A DNA stretch of 63,799 bases, filler included, from Reclinomonas americana ATCC 50394 (taxonomy: Eukaryota), in NCBI GenBank assembly GCA_048213135.1. It is 6 parts of 4 records of this genome, joined end to end, with 100 filler letters (N's around TTAATTAATTAA, not from the genome) between each part and the next. Parts side by side here need not be neighbours in the genome. Positions count along the whole stretch, not along the records: positions 9,269 to 40,221 come from PS015142.1; 5 more parts are not named here. One strand, written 5' to 3'. Below, piece by piece: positions 15,001-27,889 of the stretch. Positions within the stretch are counted from its first letter, which is position 1, and each line of letters opens with the position of its first letter. A program made the position numbers and the translations under genes. Below the pieces are notes generated by a model, which was not told where the DNA came from, did no database searches, and saw nothing but the letters and a program-made list of their open reading frames with translations.

Positions 15001-15564
15001 ACGTCACTCACGTGCCCATTGTGTTTATCCAGGAACTCACCCAATACGATGGCGGTCTGAGCTCGAGCTCACCGTCGGTCCAGTACCTGTGGGCGGCGCT
15101 CCGTGACATGACGCCGCAGGAGCGCTCGCTGTTCCTTCGCTTCATCAGCGGTCGCCGTCGTCTGCCACATCGGGGCGAGGGTTCCGAATTCCGCATTATT
15201 GTGCAGAAGCACGATTCGAGCTCGGCATCGCCTGACACTCGCCTGCCGGAGGCATCGGCTTGCTTCCAGAAGCTCCGATGGCCGTCGTACACGAGCAAAG
15301 AATTTGCTGCTCGGCGGCTGCAGACGGCCATCTATCACGTTGCGTGTTTGTTCTTATTTTTTCCCGCTTCGGTTGGCGGTGGCGACTCATGTGTATGCGT
15401 GTGTGTGTGCTGCAGACCTCTGCCATTGATCTCGACGCCAGTGCCACTTCCTTGTTGCGTGTCTCACTGTTGTGCTCCTGTCGGTGTATCGGTTGTGTCG
15501 CTGACGCGGGCTGTGTCCCTGCAGTGTGTATGCTGGACTGGACGAGGGCGATGCGACTGAGTAA
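1..15564 (+). CDS. Giant multi-exon HERC2/HECTD4-like HECT E3 ubiquitin ligase (5' end outside window, interrupted by gaps)
   Basis: Spliced C-terminus reads WNVKFLGEGGIDGGALYHDSISEMATELMS...LLIPSPN...WAALRDMTPQERSLFLRFISGRRRLP...RLPEASACFQKLRWPSYTS...AIDLD, a HECT domain with intact catalytic Cys; stop TAA 15562-15564. Upstream: FAVLLKH and LAVLGG-like large-HERC motifs, Cys/His Zn finger (~4930-5130), CPH-like domains, Mib-like repeats. A single gene across the gaps is inferred from strand and domain logic. Confidence 0.85.
5350..6240 (+). other. Two CPH (Cul7/PARC/HERC2)-like domains within the HECT gene
   Basis: REEFASAAQYAAYVARTVQPGTEVRIG... and RTLADFGGDTTQYLAYLRTNVENGTVVVAARDSEGVFAVGDRGSVNRVD...FRVHWD...YWV resemble the recalled HERC2 CPH pattern (RSDF..DDYAVYVRENIQVGMMVR...GDVG.V...V.W....YWV). 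Confidence 0.7.
8510..10810 (+). repeat. Tandem array of ~5-6 Mind-bomb SH3/REP-like protein repeats with Ala-rich linkers
   Basis: Repeated unit L.VGL.VFVERD.A.L.QRC.R.APG....VGWNS.MA.IAG.RG.IR-EVT.TQNARVRF..GD.W.LPWD.LY at ~8520, 8800, 9390, 9970 and 10390, plus a partial copy at ~10670. Confidence 0.75.
9213..9224. other. Assembly spacer TTAATTAATTAA (also at 40266, 49748, 59707, 61542)
   Basis: Identical 12-mer (stops in all six frames) centred in ~100-nt N blocks. Confidence 0.95.
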
Positions 15565-15685
15565 GCGCTGCCGTGGCAGCCAGCGGCGGAGAGATTGTGT
15601 GAATGAACGCCTTTTTTGCAGAGTACAAAGTAGGATTTTCACACACACTCCCTCCTTAAACACATGTTGTTGAGCACCACGGAGA

Positions 15686-18420
15686 TCACTTGCGACCGCC
15701 GCGCGCTGCACTGCCAGCCCCCCTTCCAGCGCCCTTGGCAGCTGGTGGCGACTTTGCCGAGGAGGCGCCGGGTGCTGCCGGTTTTGCTGCTACTGAAGCA
15801 GCTGCGGTTGGTTTCGACACAGCGCGACCGGCACGCTTGCCCGTCTTGCCTTTTGCTGCGGCTGCCGCGGCCTCGGCTTCCTCCGCCGCTTTCCTCTTCG
15901 CCTCCTCCTCCTCGGCAAGGCGACGCTTCTCCGCCTCCTCATCCGCCTCCAGCTGGCGGATCATGTCCTGCATGAGTACTGCTACAGCGGCCGCCGTCTC
16001 GGCCTCCTCCTGCTGCCTCCTAATGGCAAGCTCCTTGTCGAGTCGCTCCTTCTCCTCGCGTTCAGCTTGCAGGCGCTCGGAGGTCTCCAGCTCAGCCAAG
16101 CGGAGCATGTGCTCGGCTTGCAACACGCGCTGTTGCTGCTGAAGCTCCTCCAATAATCTCTGCTCCTGTTGCAGATCCTCCAGCCGATTCAGTTCCTCCT
16201 GCTGCAACCGGAGCTGCTCCTCCGACCACTTCAGCTGCATCGCGCGGTGCTGCGCCAACAAACCCAGGATATCGTCGTTGCGCCGGCTCGCTGGCGGTGG
16301 CCCGGCCACGCGGCTTAGTGCCGCCTGCGGCGGCGACTGTGGCATGCCGAGATACATGCTTGTCGCACGATCGGGGGGCTGGAAGAACATGGGGAACTCG
16401 GTGCTGCCCGGATACATGGAGTAGGCGGCCATGGGAGGCGTCGGCTGCCAGCCCCAGGTGGCTGTGGGTGTTCGAGATGAGGAGGAATACGAGCCCGAGT
16501 ACGCCGATGAATGCGTACTCGACGCCGACGATGCCGTCGACGCCTCATCGTCTGCTACAACTGGAGGTGGTGGTGGTGGAGGTGGAGGTGGAGGGGGCGG
16601 TGGTGGAGGCGTTGCTGCTGCTGCCGACGATGAAGGTGCAGGCGAAATGGGAGACGTGCCGATCGAGGCTCGCCGTGTCGCGACAACAGGTGATGTACCA
16701 ACGGACGAGCGCCGTGACGATTCGCGCATTGGAGAGGTGGCTTGCGATCGCGTTCCTGTTTCAGCACTTGCTACCACCGGCGCAGATGCTGATTTGACCG
16801 GCGCCGTATCCGACGCCACTTCTTCAGCATCCTCCACGACCATCGCGTCCACGTCCGGCTGTGCAGGTGGCGGCGGCGGCGGCGCTATTAGTTTTGATGC
16901 GAGTGAGTTGGCGAGTATGCATGTACGCAGAGCAGTGAGCACGAAATGACATACCTCTTCTGGGTGCTGCTTTGCGTCGATGGTCAGTCGGTGGCGGCGG
17001 CGGAGAAGGGTGCGTCCTGAACGACACATGACGACCGCGATAATCCGGCGACCGCACAGGTGTCACCGGCGAGTGTGCATACGAGGAGCCGGCCACTGGA
17101 CTCTGTCGAGCCGTGCCCGAGACTCCGGCAGCCACCGAATACAGAGCTCTGCGCAACAGAGGTGAGCAAGAGAAGTAAAGTTGGTCACAACGAGACGGGT
17201 TCTCAACCTCTGCACTTCGACAATGCCCCGCAGTGCCGCCGCCACCAGCGGTCCATTCTGTGTGGAGAACAGAATCGTGCTCTGCTCCGACGGAGCCGGA
17301 TTGTGGATGCGAACAACGTTCCGCGATGTGCAGGAGACCTGGGAGAGCGAAAAAATTAGCCAGTGCACCAGACACAGAGCGCTCCCTCCACCTGACCAAC
17401 CTCAATCTCGGGCGCCACATCAAAGGCACGTGACACGCGACGCGGTTTCTTGTTGGACATGCAAGTGCACCAGCGCACACATGGCGACGACTCCTCCTCT
17501 TCTGAATCGTAGTCCGCTTCGCCAGGAGCGCCGGGTCGGAAAAACGCAAACACTGTCGGCGTCACGCGCAACTCGAGAGCCCTGACGACAACAAGGAGAG
17601 GTCGCTGCTGCTCAGCCAACAAACCACCACATGCAAGCACACCGGAGTGGCGCCTCACCCTTTCATGTCATCCTGCAGCTGAAAGTTGATCATGCCCGAC
17701 AGAGGACTCTCCCACAGCAGCAGGCGCACCGGCACTCGGAAGCCATTCTGAATGTACTCGGCCAAGCGCAGCTGCGTCGCGTACGGTAACCTGTCCACCT
17801 GCAGCTCATCACCATCCATCGCACCGCCGTCTCCACCACTGTGGCCGTCAAACAGACTCACACGATCCGCTTGCCGCACAAATCGCTGATCCCTCTCGCG
17901 GTGTCGCGAGGCGTGAAACGGTGGCGACTGGTGACGCCGCGGTGGCGACGAAGGCGGCGGATCATAGTCGACGATGGGATACACAGGAGAGTCCACGGCG
18001 TGTGCGCGACGCATCCCTCCTCCTCCACCGCGATTGTAGACAGGAGGGCTGCTGGTGGCGACGCGCATCCCGCGGCGAGGAGACGAAGCAACACCACCAA
18101 CATTTGCTGCTGCTGCTGCTGCTGCTCCAGGTGTGTACATGGAGTCGTACTCTTCTCCCTCGTTTTCTTCCTCCTCCTCCTCCTCGTCTTCGTCTGCTCT
18201 TCCTCGATGGTACTCGTCATCGAAATCATCATCATCCATCTCCTCCTCCTCCTGATCGTACTCGTCGTCGATGAACGCGCTCACTGTGTATGTGTGTGTG
18301 AGTGTCTGTGCGTGTGAGTGTGTGTGAGAGAGAGAGAGTGCGTCTCTCCATACCATGAGTGATCGTTGGTTGTTGATGCGATGGTGATTGCTGCTGCATC
18401 GGACTGCGGTGTCGAGGCAT
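15686..18420 (-). CDS. Uncharacterised multi-exon protein: acidic N-terminus, possible PH-like middle, Pro-rich and coiled-coil/Lys-Ala-rich C-terminus
   Basis: Long ORFs 17655-18280 and 15686-16870 joined by GT-AG introns; start uncertain (MPRHRSP at ~18420 or an upstream exon at ~18560). Confidence 0.55.
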
Positions 18421-18587
18421 TTTTTCTGTGTCTCTCTGTGCCACTCTCGGCTGTTGTGTGCGTGGACACGCGTCGGTGCCTGTGTGCGTGAGTGAACACG
18501 ACGGGTGCGGGTCTCACGTGCACTCAACACACTCAATATCGACGATGGGAGCTCCGGACATGCATGCTACGGATAATTTCATTCTCG

Positions 18588-21188
18588 CTATGCCTCGGGA
18601 GGGGCGCTTTGGCTCAGCAGTGAGGAGTTGAGGGGGCTGGCGGAGAGACTTGCAGGACTCGAGGAGAGTCGCGGGCTGGCACGCAAGCCGGCGGACCGTC
18701 GCGGGCTGTTGCCCGGACCCTTGGCGCGACGCACTGAGAACTGCGACTGCAGCGCCCCGGCTGACGCCTTCTCGGCAAAGGCAGCGGCTGCGACGCCCAC
18801 CAGTACGGCCGAGCGTAGCGTGCTGGGAGAGTGCGTGGAGGTCGGGCTGTCGCTCTCCGCGGCGTCGTCAGTGGCGCTGACAGGCGACAAGTCCTCGACG
18901 ACGCTGGCCACCACAGCTGGCGTCGGCTCGTCCGCAGGTGCAGCGATGGCGGTAGTGGCGGTAGTGGTGGCAGCAGGCGTTGCTTGTGCAATCAGTGGAG
19001 GAAGTGGAGCGGGTGGAGGCGGAGGTGCTGTCGCTTCCGCCGGCAACCTCTCGGCGGCAAGCGGCAGTGGAGGCACGTGGATTTTCGGTTCCGGCAATCG
19101 CTGCTGGCCTTCCTCCATAATTGTTGCCGCGGGTACCGTCGGCGTTGCGCTATCGATGCGAAGGCGAGGAACGACGGGCGAGGGAAATGTCGGATCCATC
19201 GGCGGCGACGACGATGGAGTGACGACCTGCGACGATCGTGAGCGATGCAGTCAGTACCACGACAGGCGATTGAAGAAAGGAGACTCACCAGTTGCGGAAT
19301 TTCAGCGTGAATGGTTTCTGTGGGAGAGAATGCAGCGACCAGCGGCACCGCCAGATCCTCGTCTGCGTCGTGCTGATGCGCCGGCTTCTCATCCACGTCA
19401 ACGGGAGGGCTGTCGGCCACAACCACATCCTCCACCACCGCAACGTCCACTGGGGGGCTCTCAGCAGCCGCCACCACCTCCACCTCGGCAGTCGAGGCGA
19501 CCTCTTGTGGCGAGGAGTCGACGGCGGCGGCGGCGGCGGCAACCTCCACACCGACTTCGTCACTGCCGTGCTCTTCGACCGCCGTGTCCACATCTTCCGA
19601 ATCTACTCCCGCGTGCTCGACAAGGGTTTTATCCGGCGGTGAGAACTGATACAGAGGATTGCTGGTCGGCAGTGGGGACGGGCACGAATCCTCCACGTGC
19701 GGCACCGCGGACAGCTCCAGACTCGACACCATCACCGCTGCCGGCTCGCCCACAACACTCACATCGTCGACTGCTGCAGGTGCATCCACTGGTGGAGGCG
19801 ACGGCCGTCGCCGCTCCTCCTCTACTTGTTGTTGTTGTTGCTGCTGCTCCTCCTCTTCTTCCTCATCTTCCCCTTCTTCTTGTTTCACCATTTCCTCCGC
19901 CTCCTGCACCACCAAATCCGGCGGCGGCGACGGCACAGGCGCGATAGCGACTGGAGGCGCATCGACGACAACTGACTCGCGTGGCGAAGGGTGAGCGATG
20001 GGCCGAGGTAGCTCCGCTTGCCGACTCATCATGCGCCGCGTGGGCGACGGCAGCCGACGATGCGGCATGGCACGACTGCTGCGGCCGGCCGACTGCGGCG
20101 ACGGCATCGAAGCCGCCACCGGCGACGTCGCGGCCGAGTTGGTGGCAAACGACAGAGGCACCGGCGACGGTGGCGGCAGTGGTGGTTTCGACGAGCGAGT
20201 CGGCGACGCCGACGTGGGCCGCGGCGGAGGCGACGCCGCACCTCCAAACACGCGTCTGGCCGACGACGGAGACCACACAATCGATCCGTGCCCACCAAAC
20301 AGGCGTCCACTCAACGGCTGCTGTTGTTGATACGACGACGCCGACCAGGGAGACGGCGGTCGCTCCAGTGTTGGTGGTCTCGCCGACTCGGAGCGCGTTG
20401 CTGGCGGCGATGACAACAAAGGCGTTGCGCGCGGTGGCGTTGGTGCCGGCGGCGGCGGCGGCGGCATCGGTGTCATCGCCACTGGAGTCACACTCACTCC
20501 CTCGTCACGACGACGGAAACTGGCCCACGAGGCGACACCCGGATGCACAGTGGAGGTCATGAGAATCGCCTGCGACGGGGTGGCGTACCAGCGCGGTGGT
20601 GGCGTTGCAGAACGAAGCTGGAAACAAACAAGAAAGAATGTATGAATGAAGGGTGAGGAGGGCGGCACACACACATGCACACACAGGAGGTCGCATCGCA
20701 CCTTTGGATACACAGGTGCCGGCAATCGCAGCTTTTGATTGAGTGATGCACTCTCTTTCTGCAACTCCTCCACGTCTGCACGCACACACACTCAGCGCAC
20801 GCGACACACACACAACAGAGAGAGACACACACGCACGCACCACGTTGCAACTTCTCCAGAAAGAGACGCAAGGCCAGTTCCTTTTCCCGCATGACACGCA
20901 GTTCGCGGGCCTCTCTCTCCGCAGCCGCGCTCACTGCGTCGAGTTGCAGCTGTGTGCGCAGAGGTGACGCGCGTGCGGCCACACCCAGAGGAATGTGCGG
21001 GTCGCCATTCTGTGCCACAGTTGTGTCAAAGAGTGTCTCTCTTGTGCACGTGCTCGCTCATTGTGATGCGCAACTGCAGGTGAGTGAGGCACCGGCGAGT
21101 GTGTCACGCTGGTGACTGAGTGTGAGCGACGCACACCGGCGAGAAGGCGACGACGAATGTCGCTGACAGAATCGTCGTCGTCAAACAT
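18588..21188 (-). CDS. Uncharacterised Pro/Ser/acidic low-complexity protein with short N-terminal coiled coil
   Basis: MFDDDDSVSDIRRRLL... spliced to AAAEREARELRVMREKELALRLFLEKLQRDVEELQKE and long Pro-rich exons; stop at 18588. Confidence 0.6.
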
Positions 21189-22911
21189 GCACGCAAAGAA
21201 AATCGGAAAAACGTGAGGTTTCGTTTGTTTTAACAAGGACTTGGGCGACGTTCATTGGGCCTCTCTTGCTTCCTTTGCTGCATTTTTTTGCGCAAGAGAG
21301 CATACACACAGGGGAGAGAGAGGGGGGGGGGAGCTATGGACAAGAGAAAGGAAAAAAAAGAGGGTGCAGCAGGGGAGAGATCCTACTGCGGCCACGTGCC
21401 ACGCACCTCGTCCTCTCAAACGATCGTGTGGTGCGGCAGTGGCGCGGAATACACATAGACAGGGGGGGAGAGTTATAACAGTGGAGGATGGGAGAGGTGG
21501 AGCAGTGACGCGCTCTCAGGAAGACAGGCGGACGGCTGTGTGCATTACAAGGCATGTGATATGCACTTGTATGCATGCTCGCCCTGCCAACTAGCAAACC
21601 ACACCTCGTCTCGGTACTCGAAACGAGCGGGGAGAGGCAGCATGTCACTGCAAGAGGAACAAGGGGAAAAAGGAGGTGCGCTTGAGCAGCGCGAGAGGAC
21701 GATGAGTGGGAAAGAGGAGGAAGAGAGCGAAAGAGCCCGAGGGCCAGATGAACGCGCAGTAGACACGGAGATCAATTAATGATATAGCCAAACAAGATGC
21801 AGGGGGGAGGAAAAGGTCAAACAACAACAACAGCAACAGCAACAGAAGAAGAACAGGACACGAACAAGAGCGACGAGTATCATGGGCTGTCGTCAGTCAG
21901 CTGCTGGTACCGCTCGAGTGATGCTTGTACANNNNNNNNNNNNNNNNNNNNNNNNNNNNNNNNNNNNNNNNNNNNNNNNNNNNNNNNNNNNNNNNNNNNN
22001 NNNNNNNNNNNNNNNNNNNNNNNNNNNNNNNNNNNNNNNNNNNNNNNNNNNNNNNNNNNNNNNNNNNNNNNNNNNNNNNNNNNNNNNNNNNNNNNNNNNN
22101 NNNNNNNNNNNNNNNNNNNNNNNNNNNNNNNNNNNNNNNNNNNNNNNNNNNNNNNNNNNNNNNNNNNNNNNNNNNNNNNNNNNNNNNNNNNNNNNNNNNN
22201 NNNNNNNNNNNNNNNNNNNNNNNNNNNNNNNNNNNNNNNNNNNNNNNNNNNNNNNNNNNNNNNNNNNNNNNNNNNNNNNNNNNNNNNNNNNNNNNNNNNN
22301 NNNNNNNNNNNNNNNNNNNNNNNNNNNNNNNNNNNNNNNNNNNNNNNNNNNNNNNNNNNNNNNNNNNNNNNNNNNNNNNNNNNNNNNNNNNNNNNNNNNN
22401 NNNNNNNNNNNNNNNNNNNNNNNNNNNNNNNNNNNNNNNNNNNNNNNNNNNNNNNNNNNNNNNNNNNNNNNNNNNNNNNNNNNNNNNNNNNNNNNNNNNN
22501 NNNNNNNNNNNNNNNNNNNNNNNNNNNNNNNNNNNNNNNNNNNNNNNNNNNNNNNNNNNNNNNNNNNNNNNNNNNNNNNNNNNNNNNNNNNNNNNNNNNN
22601 NNNNNNNNNNNNNNNNNNNNNNNNNNNNNNNNNNNNNNNNNNNNNNNNNNNNNNNNNNNNNNNNNNNNNNNNNNNNNNNNNNNNNNNNNNNNNNNNNNNN
22701 NNNNNNNTCTGCTCTCCCTCCTCCCCTCTGTGTGTGTGAGCATGTGCGTGCCGTGTGCGTGGGGGGACGCGCAACGCCACTTGCCAATCACAAGTGACCG
22801 TTTGAACAGTAATGATTGTTGCACGCGCGCGCGCGTGCTCTCACTCACTCACGCACCATTCACCGATCACTCAATCATGGCCACACACACACAGATACCG
22901 AGTGCTTCTCA

Positions 22912-25900
22912 ATGAGCGGTGTGGAGAGCGCGTTGCCGGTGGTGGCGGCGGCGGCCGATCGACGAGAGCGGGCCGGGTCCGCGGGCTCCTCGAGCAGCAC
23001 CGTGTCATCGACGGGACTGGAGGGCCTCCCCGACGAGCTCTTCTCGCTGCGCGAGCTGGTGGAGTCGCATGTGCGACTGAATGCCGAGCTGCGTGAGTTG
23101 TCGCTGACGGCGGAGCGGCTGAATGCGCAACCGCGATCGGCGCGAGTCGATGCCGAGTACAACAGGGTGGCGCAGCGCGCGGAGCAAGTGGTGCATGAGA
23201 TTGATGAGGCGGCGGCGGCGCTCAGCGAGTGCAGTGAGGAACTGTGGCAGTTGCACGAGGCCGTGGCCGAGCATCAGCAGACGGAGGTGTTGATTGAGGC
23301 GCTGGAGGCAAGGCACACGGAACTGTACGCCTCGGTAACATGTGAAGCAGGTGTGTGTGTGCCCACCATCTCTCCCTTTCTCTCTTTGTGCCTCGTTCTC
23401 ACCATTGTTCGCTGCGCAGACGTTACCGACGCGTTGCGGGAAGAAGAGAGTCGCTTGCTGGACGAGATGGATGAGCTGGAGCGCATGTTTGCTGAGTCGT
23501 ACGCACGNNNNNNNNNNNNNNNNNNNNNNNGGGAGAGGACAGGAGAGGCGAGAGAAAGAGAAAGTGTTTTCGTGTGCGGATGTCCGATCTGTCTCGCTGA
23601 CACTGCAGTTTGCTGAATGGAATAACACAATGAACACCCCCACATCACTCGCTCACTCGGGGCAAAACAGAGGACGGCACAAAAATAAACAAGAGAGGCG
23701 GCAGAGAGGGAGCCATGGAACAAGAGAGAGTGTGCTGACGTCACCAAGTGAGAGACGAGGGGAGGGAGAGAGAGAAGAGTGCGAGACAAGCAAAAAAAAA
23801 ACAGACGTGATTTCCACACGCGCGTGCCATGACACACACACACACACACGCTCACAAACTCACCAGCCTCTGGTGGCGGTGCCTGGTGAATGACCGCAGA
23901 CTTGCCGACGATGCACAGTTCCATGATTGAAAGACGAAACGAAAAAAGCTCTCCAACACACAAACAAAAAAACGATTTGATATCTTCAATTTGCGGCGGA
24001 TTGGGCAGCGCAATTTCGAGGGGCCATCGTGATTTTCCGCCGAATGGGGTCAGCAGCTCTCCCCCCCAGCCTCTCTCTCTTTCTCTCTTTCTCTCACACA
24101 CTCTTCCCGTTTGCAGGTGTAAGCCATCATCCAGCCGGCAACACTCATCGGGCGTGGTGTCGCCGAACAGGAAAGCCGGCGGCAGTTATCGAGTCGATGC
24201 GTTTGGTGAATCGACGAGAGTGGCGACTGTGATCGCCACTGCCACTCCCGCCAGCGTGAGCAGTGGAAGTAGCAGCAGCACGAGCAGCACAGCGAGCAAT
24301 AGCAGTCGCGATTCGGCCGGGGTTCCGCGAGGATTGTCGGTGCGCGTGACGACGCCTACTGGTGGTGGTGCTGGTGGTGCTTCCGCGGGTGTGGGTGGAT
24401 CGTTTGAGAGTGTGCTGGTGCATGGGGACACGGAGGCCAAGTCGACGCTGGATATGTATGTTCGCACGGCGACGTTTGCGCGATGTGTCGTCGATGGAGT
24501 CTCCAATGTGTTTGTCGTGTCGCGGTGAGCAGCAACAGCAACAGTAGCGTGCGAGGAGTGCGTGCGTTGATGCTCACGGAAAGGGTGTGCGTGTGTAGGT
24601 CTGACAGCGGCGATGTGTTCATGGCTGCCAGTGATCTTCTGGACACATTCTGGGAGTGCATCCGATTGCAGGTCGATGCGCAGACAGAGCTGGCGGCCGC
24701 CGGTCTCGGCAGTGAGCAGGCGTACCAGATGATGTGTGCGGCGCTCAGGAGTGGCGCTTTCCGTGTGCGGGTGCGTCTCATTCGTTCTCGCGTTTGCCAT
24801 CCATCTTGCCCATTCCTGTCAATTTGCGCTGCAGATTGAGCGCTCTTGCATGCGCGTTCTTTTCAACTTCACTTCCCCCCGCTTGGCCTACATTGCGTTT
24901 CCGCTGGTCGCTGTCAACGAGCCTGCTCGTAGGTTGCGTCCTTTTTTTTGTGCCATCGTCTGTCTATCTGCATGTTCAGTCCGCTTTCTCACCTGGTTTC
25001 TATTGCCAGGGCACGGCGCATCAAGTCGCTGATGATGGCCGTCTTTGATGCCAACTGTTACCTCAGTGAGCGGGGTGCGGTAGAGTCTCTGACCCTGCCT
25101 CCACCTGCCAGCGCTGGTGTGCCACGGCAGGTGCGTTGATCGATTCATCGATTTTCGTACACGCTGGTTGATTGTTCATTTCTTCCTCTCGCCAGCGCAT
25201 GCCGGACTCGCCTCTCTCCCGTCCGTCGCCACCATCGCCACCACGGCAGACTCCACCACCGAGATCACCATCACCACCAGTCGTTGAATCGCTGACCAAG
25301 CAGCCATTGTCAGCTACAGCAGCGCCACCTGCAGCACCCAGCACAGCCGTCGTTGTTTCTGCATGTTGCGTCGTTCCCTTCTGACCCTCCCTACCTCCCA
25401 CATCTCACATGCGTGGTGCAGTGCGTGGCGGTGCGAATCATACCCCAAGCGAATCCGCAGACTACCCGCAGCGGTCGTCGCACATCAAGCGCGCGCAACA
25501 TGTGCGACCGCTGAGTTCAGTGTCGCCCGTTCGGCTACCAGTGGACACAGCAATGGACACACTGCAGCAGTTTGCGGCCAAGTACTCGTTTGACCAGGAC
25601 GACAGGGAACGCATCGATGAGCTGCTGACTCTGCTGTCGCGCGATGAGCTTTTCACGCCGTCGGCGTCGACCATTGCCAGTGTCGGCAGCTCCAATCGCC
25701 TCGGTCGCAGTTGCGTTGGGGTGGTCTCGTTTCTCACTCAAAAAGAATGTCGAGAGGCTGAGAGTTGATGGCTCCAGACGATGCCGTGACACAATACCTC
25801 GCCGAGGCCGGTGTGCAACTGCGCCCGGATCGGAGACGGAGCAAGAGAACCGGTATTCAGCTCATTCGTGACGTCTTCAATGCCGTGCGATTCACGTGCG

Positions 25901-27694
25901 TGACGCTTGCCCTGCTCTTCCCCTTGGTGATCACCAACTCATCGTTGCCCCCCTCGCAGTCGTGCACTGCATCGCTCAGTACATCAACGACGCATGTCGG
26001 TGCAACGAACATTGCCGGCTGCACTGGTTGCCAAAGTGCAGCCTCTGGTGCCGCAGTTGTCGTCGTGGACATTCGATGTGTTTGATCTCGGTCGTCTGTC
26101 TGGTGAGTGCGATGATGCGAGCTGTGCCAGTCCGTGCTCTTTTCTTGCCTTGCTGACCGAATGTTCAGATGATCGGCCATTGTTCCACGTCGCCATGGCG
26201 ATTGTGCACGAATTCAACCTGATCAACAAGCTGACGCTCGAACCCGATCGCATGCAGCACTTTTTCGCTGCTGTCGAAGACGGCTACCGCAACAATCCGT
26301 ACCACAATCGCTGTTGCGTCTCCGTATTGCGATGAATTGTGGATGTCTCCCGTTCGCTCATCCCTATCCACGATCGCAGATCATGCCGCCGACATGACGC
26401 AGACGTGCTTCTTCTTGCTACGAAAGTCGGAATTGATCGAGTTGAGTTTTCTCTGGAGTGGAGATAGGCGATGAAACACTTTCTCTGTTTCTCTCTCTGC
26501 TCACTTCATCACCGCCGCGCAGGTTCATGACCGACATTGAGATTCTGGCGGCCCTGATTGCGTGCACGGCGCATGACTACGACCACCCCGGCGTCAACAA
26601 CATGTTCCATGTGCGCTCAGAGTCGGAGCTGGCCACGATTTACAACGACCAGTCGGTGGGTGGCGTGCGTCTCGAGTTAGTGTGCCCCACATGTGCATCG
26701 CTCTCACGTCTCCGATTGTACTAGGTACTGGAGAATCATCACTGCTCGTCGATCTTCAAGTTGTTGCAGCAGGACCATTTGAATTTCTTGCGAGACTTGC
26801 ACCCGGACGACCGGCGGGTCATTCGCGACACCATTGTTGCCGTGGTACTGGCCACCGACATGGCCAAGCATTTCGATCACGTTGGCAAGTTTGTGGGGCG
26901 CTTCCGCGGCGATCGTTGCGTGCCACACATCACGCGTGCTCCCTCCATCAACGCGTACTGACGTGGGTGTGTTGATTAGCGTACAATTTCAAGGACCGCA
27001 AGGACCGCCTCCTCTTGTTGCAAATGTTTGTCAAGGCGGCCGATGTCTCGAACCCGGCGAAACCACTGGTGCGTTGCCCTTCTTTCCTCCACCGAGATAC
27101 GTTTTGCGATCTGACATATGTGCTGCCGCCGTGCAGCGTATGTGTCGCATTTGGGCTCGCCGCGTGATGGAGGAGTTCTACCAGCAGGGCGATTTGGAAA
27201 AGGTGAACGGACTTCCGGTGTCCGCGTTCATGGATCGCGACACGACCTCCAAGAAGGATTGTCAGATTGGTGAGTGCGATGCGCAGGCTGGCTGTTCGTC
27301 ATGTGTTGATTTTTGCTCACCTTTCCCCACAGGCTTCATCAACGTAATTGTCAAGCCACTGTACGAGGCACTGGGCGAATTCCGCTCCGCGCTGGCGTTC
27401 CCGTTGGAGCATGTGATGGCCAACATGCGCTTCTGGTCAAGTCTAACGGGCACCGACGATGCCGGCATCACGGACACCGAGGCTGAGCAGCGTGTCAATC
27501 AAACCGCCGCCGACGCTCTCACCAAGCGACGAGAAGCACGACCGGCGCCACTGACACTCACCGCCGACGGCTCTTCATTAGCGTTGGACACGCCTACTTC
27601 TGTGGCCTCGTCATCGTCATCATCATCATCGTCGGAGGAAGCACCAGACATTGAGGTGGTGGACGACACGGCCGACCTGGAAGACGCGGACTAG
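22912..27694 (+). CDS. Class I 3',5'-cyclic nucleotide phosphodiesterase with N-terminal coiled coil
   Basis: Spliced translation gives NPYHNRYHAADMTQ, AHDYDHPGVNN, YNDQSVLENHH, VLATDMAKH, KAADVSNPAKP, EEFYQQGDLEK and CQIGFINVIVKPLY, all PDEase_I hallmarks; stop TAG 27692-27694. Confidence 0.92.
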
Positions 27695-27889
27695 TCGAAT
27701 TGTTGTTGTTGTAATTGTTGTAGTTCTAATGCCCGCAGCTCGCTGGGGAGTGTTTTAGGTGTTTAAGTGTGTGTTTCTTTATTAGAGGCGGAGTGACCAT
27801 CGTCCTCCTGCCGTTTCCGCGCGGTGAAAAACAATGTAGCTTTGGTGTTGTAAATCCACTTTCCGACGACTCTCCTCGTTTTCTTCCAC

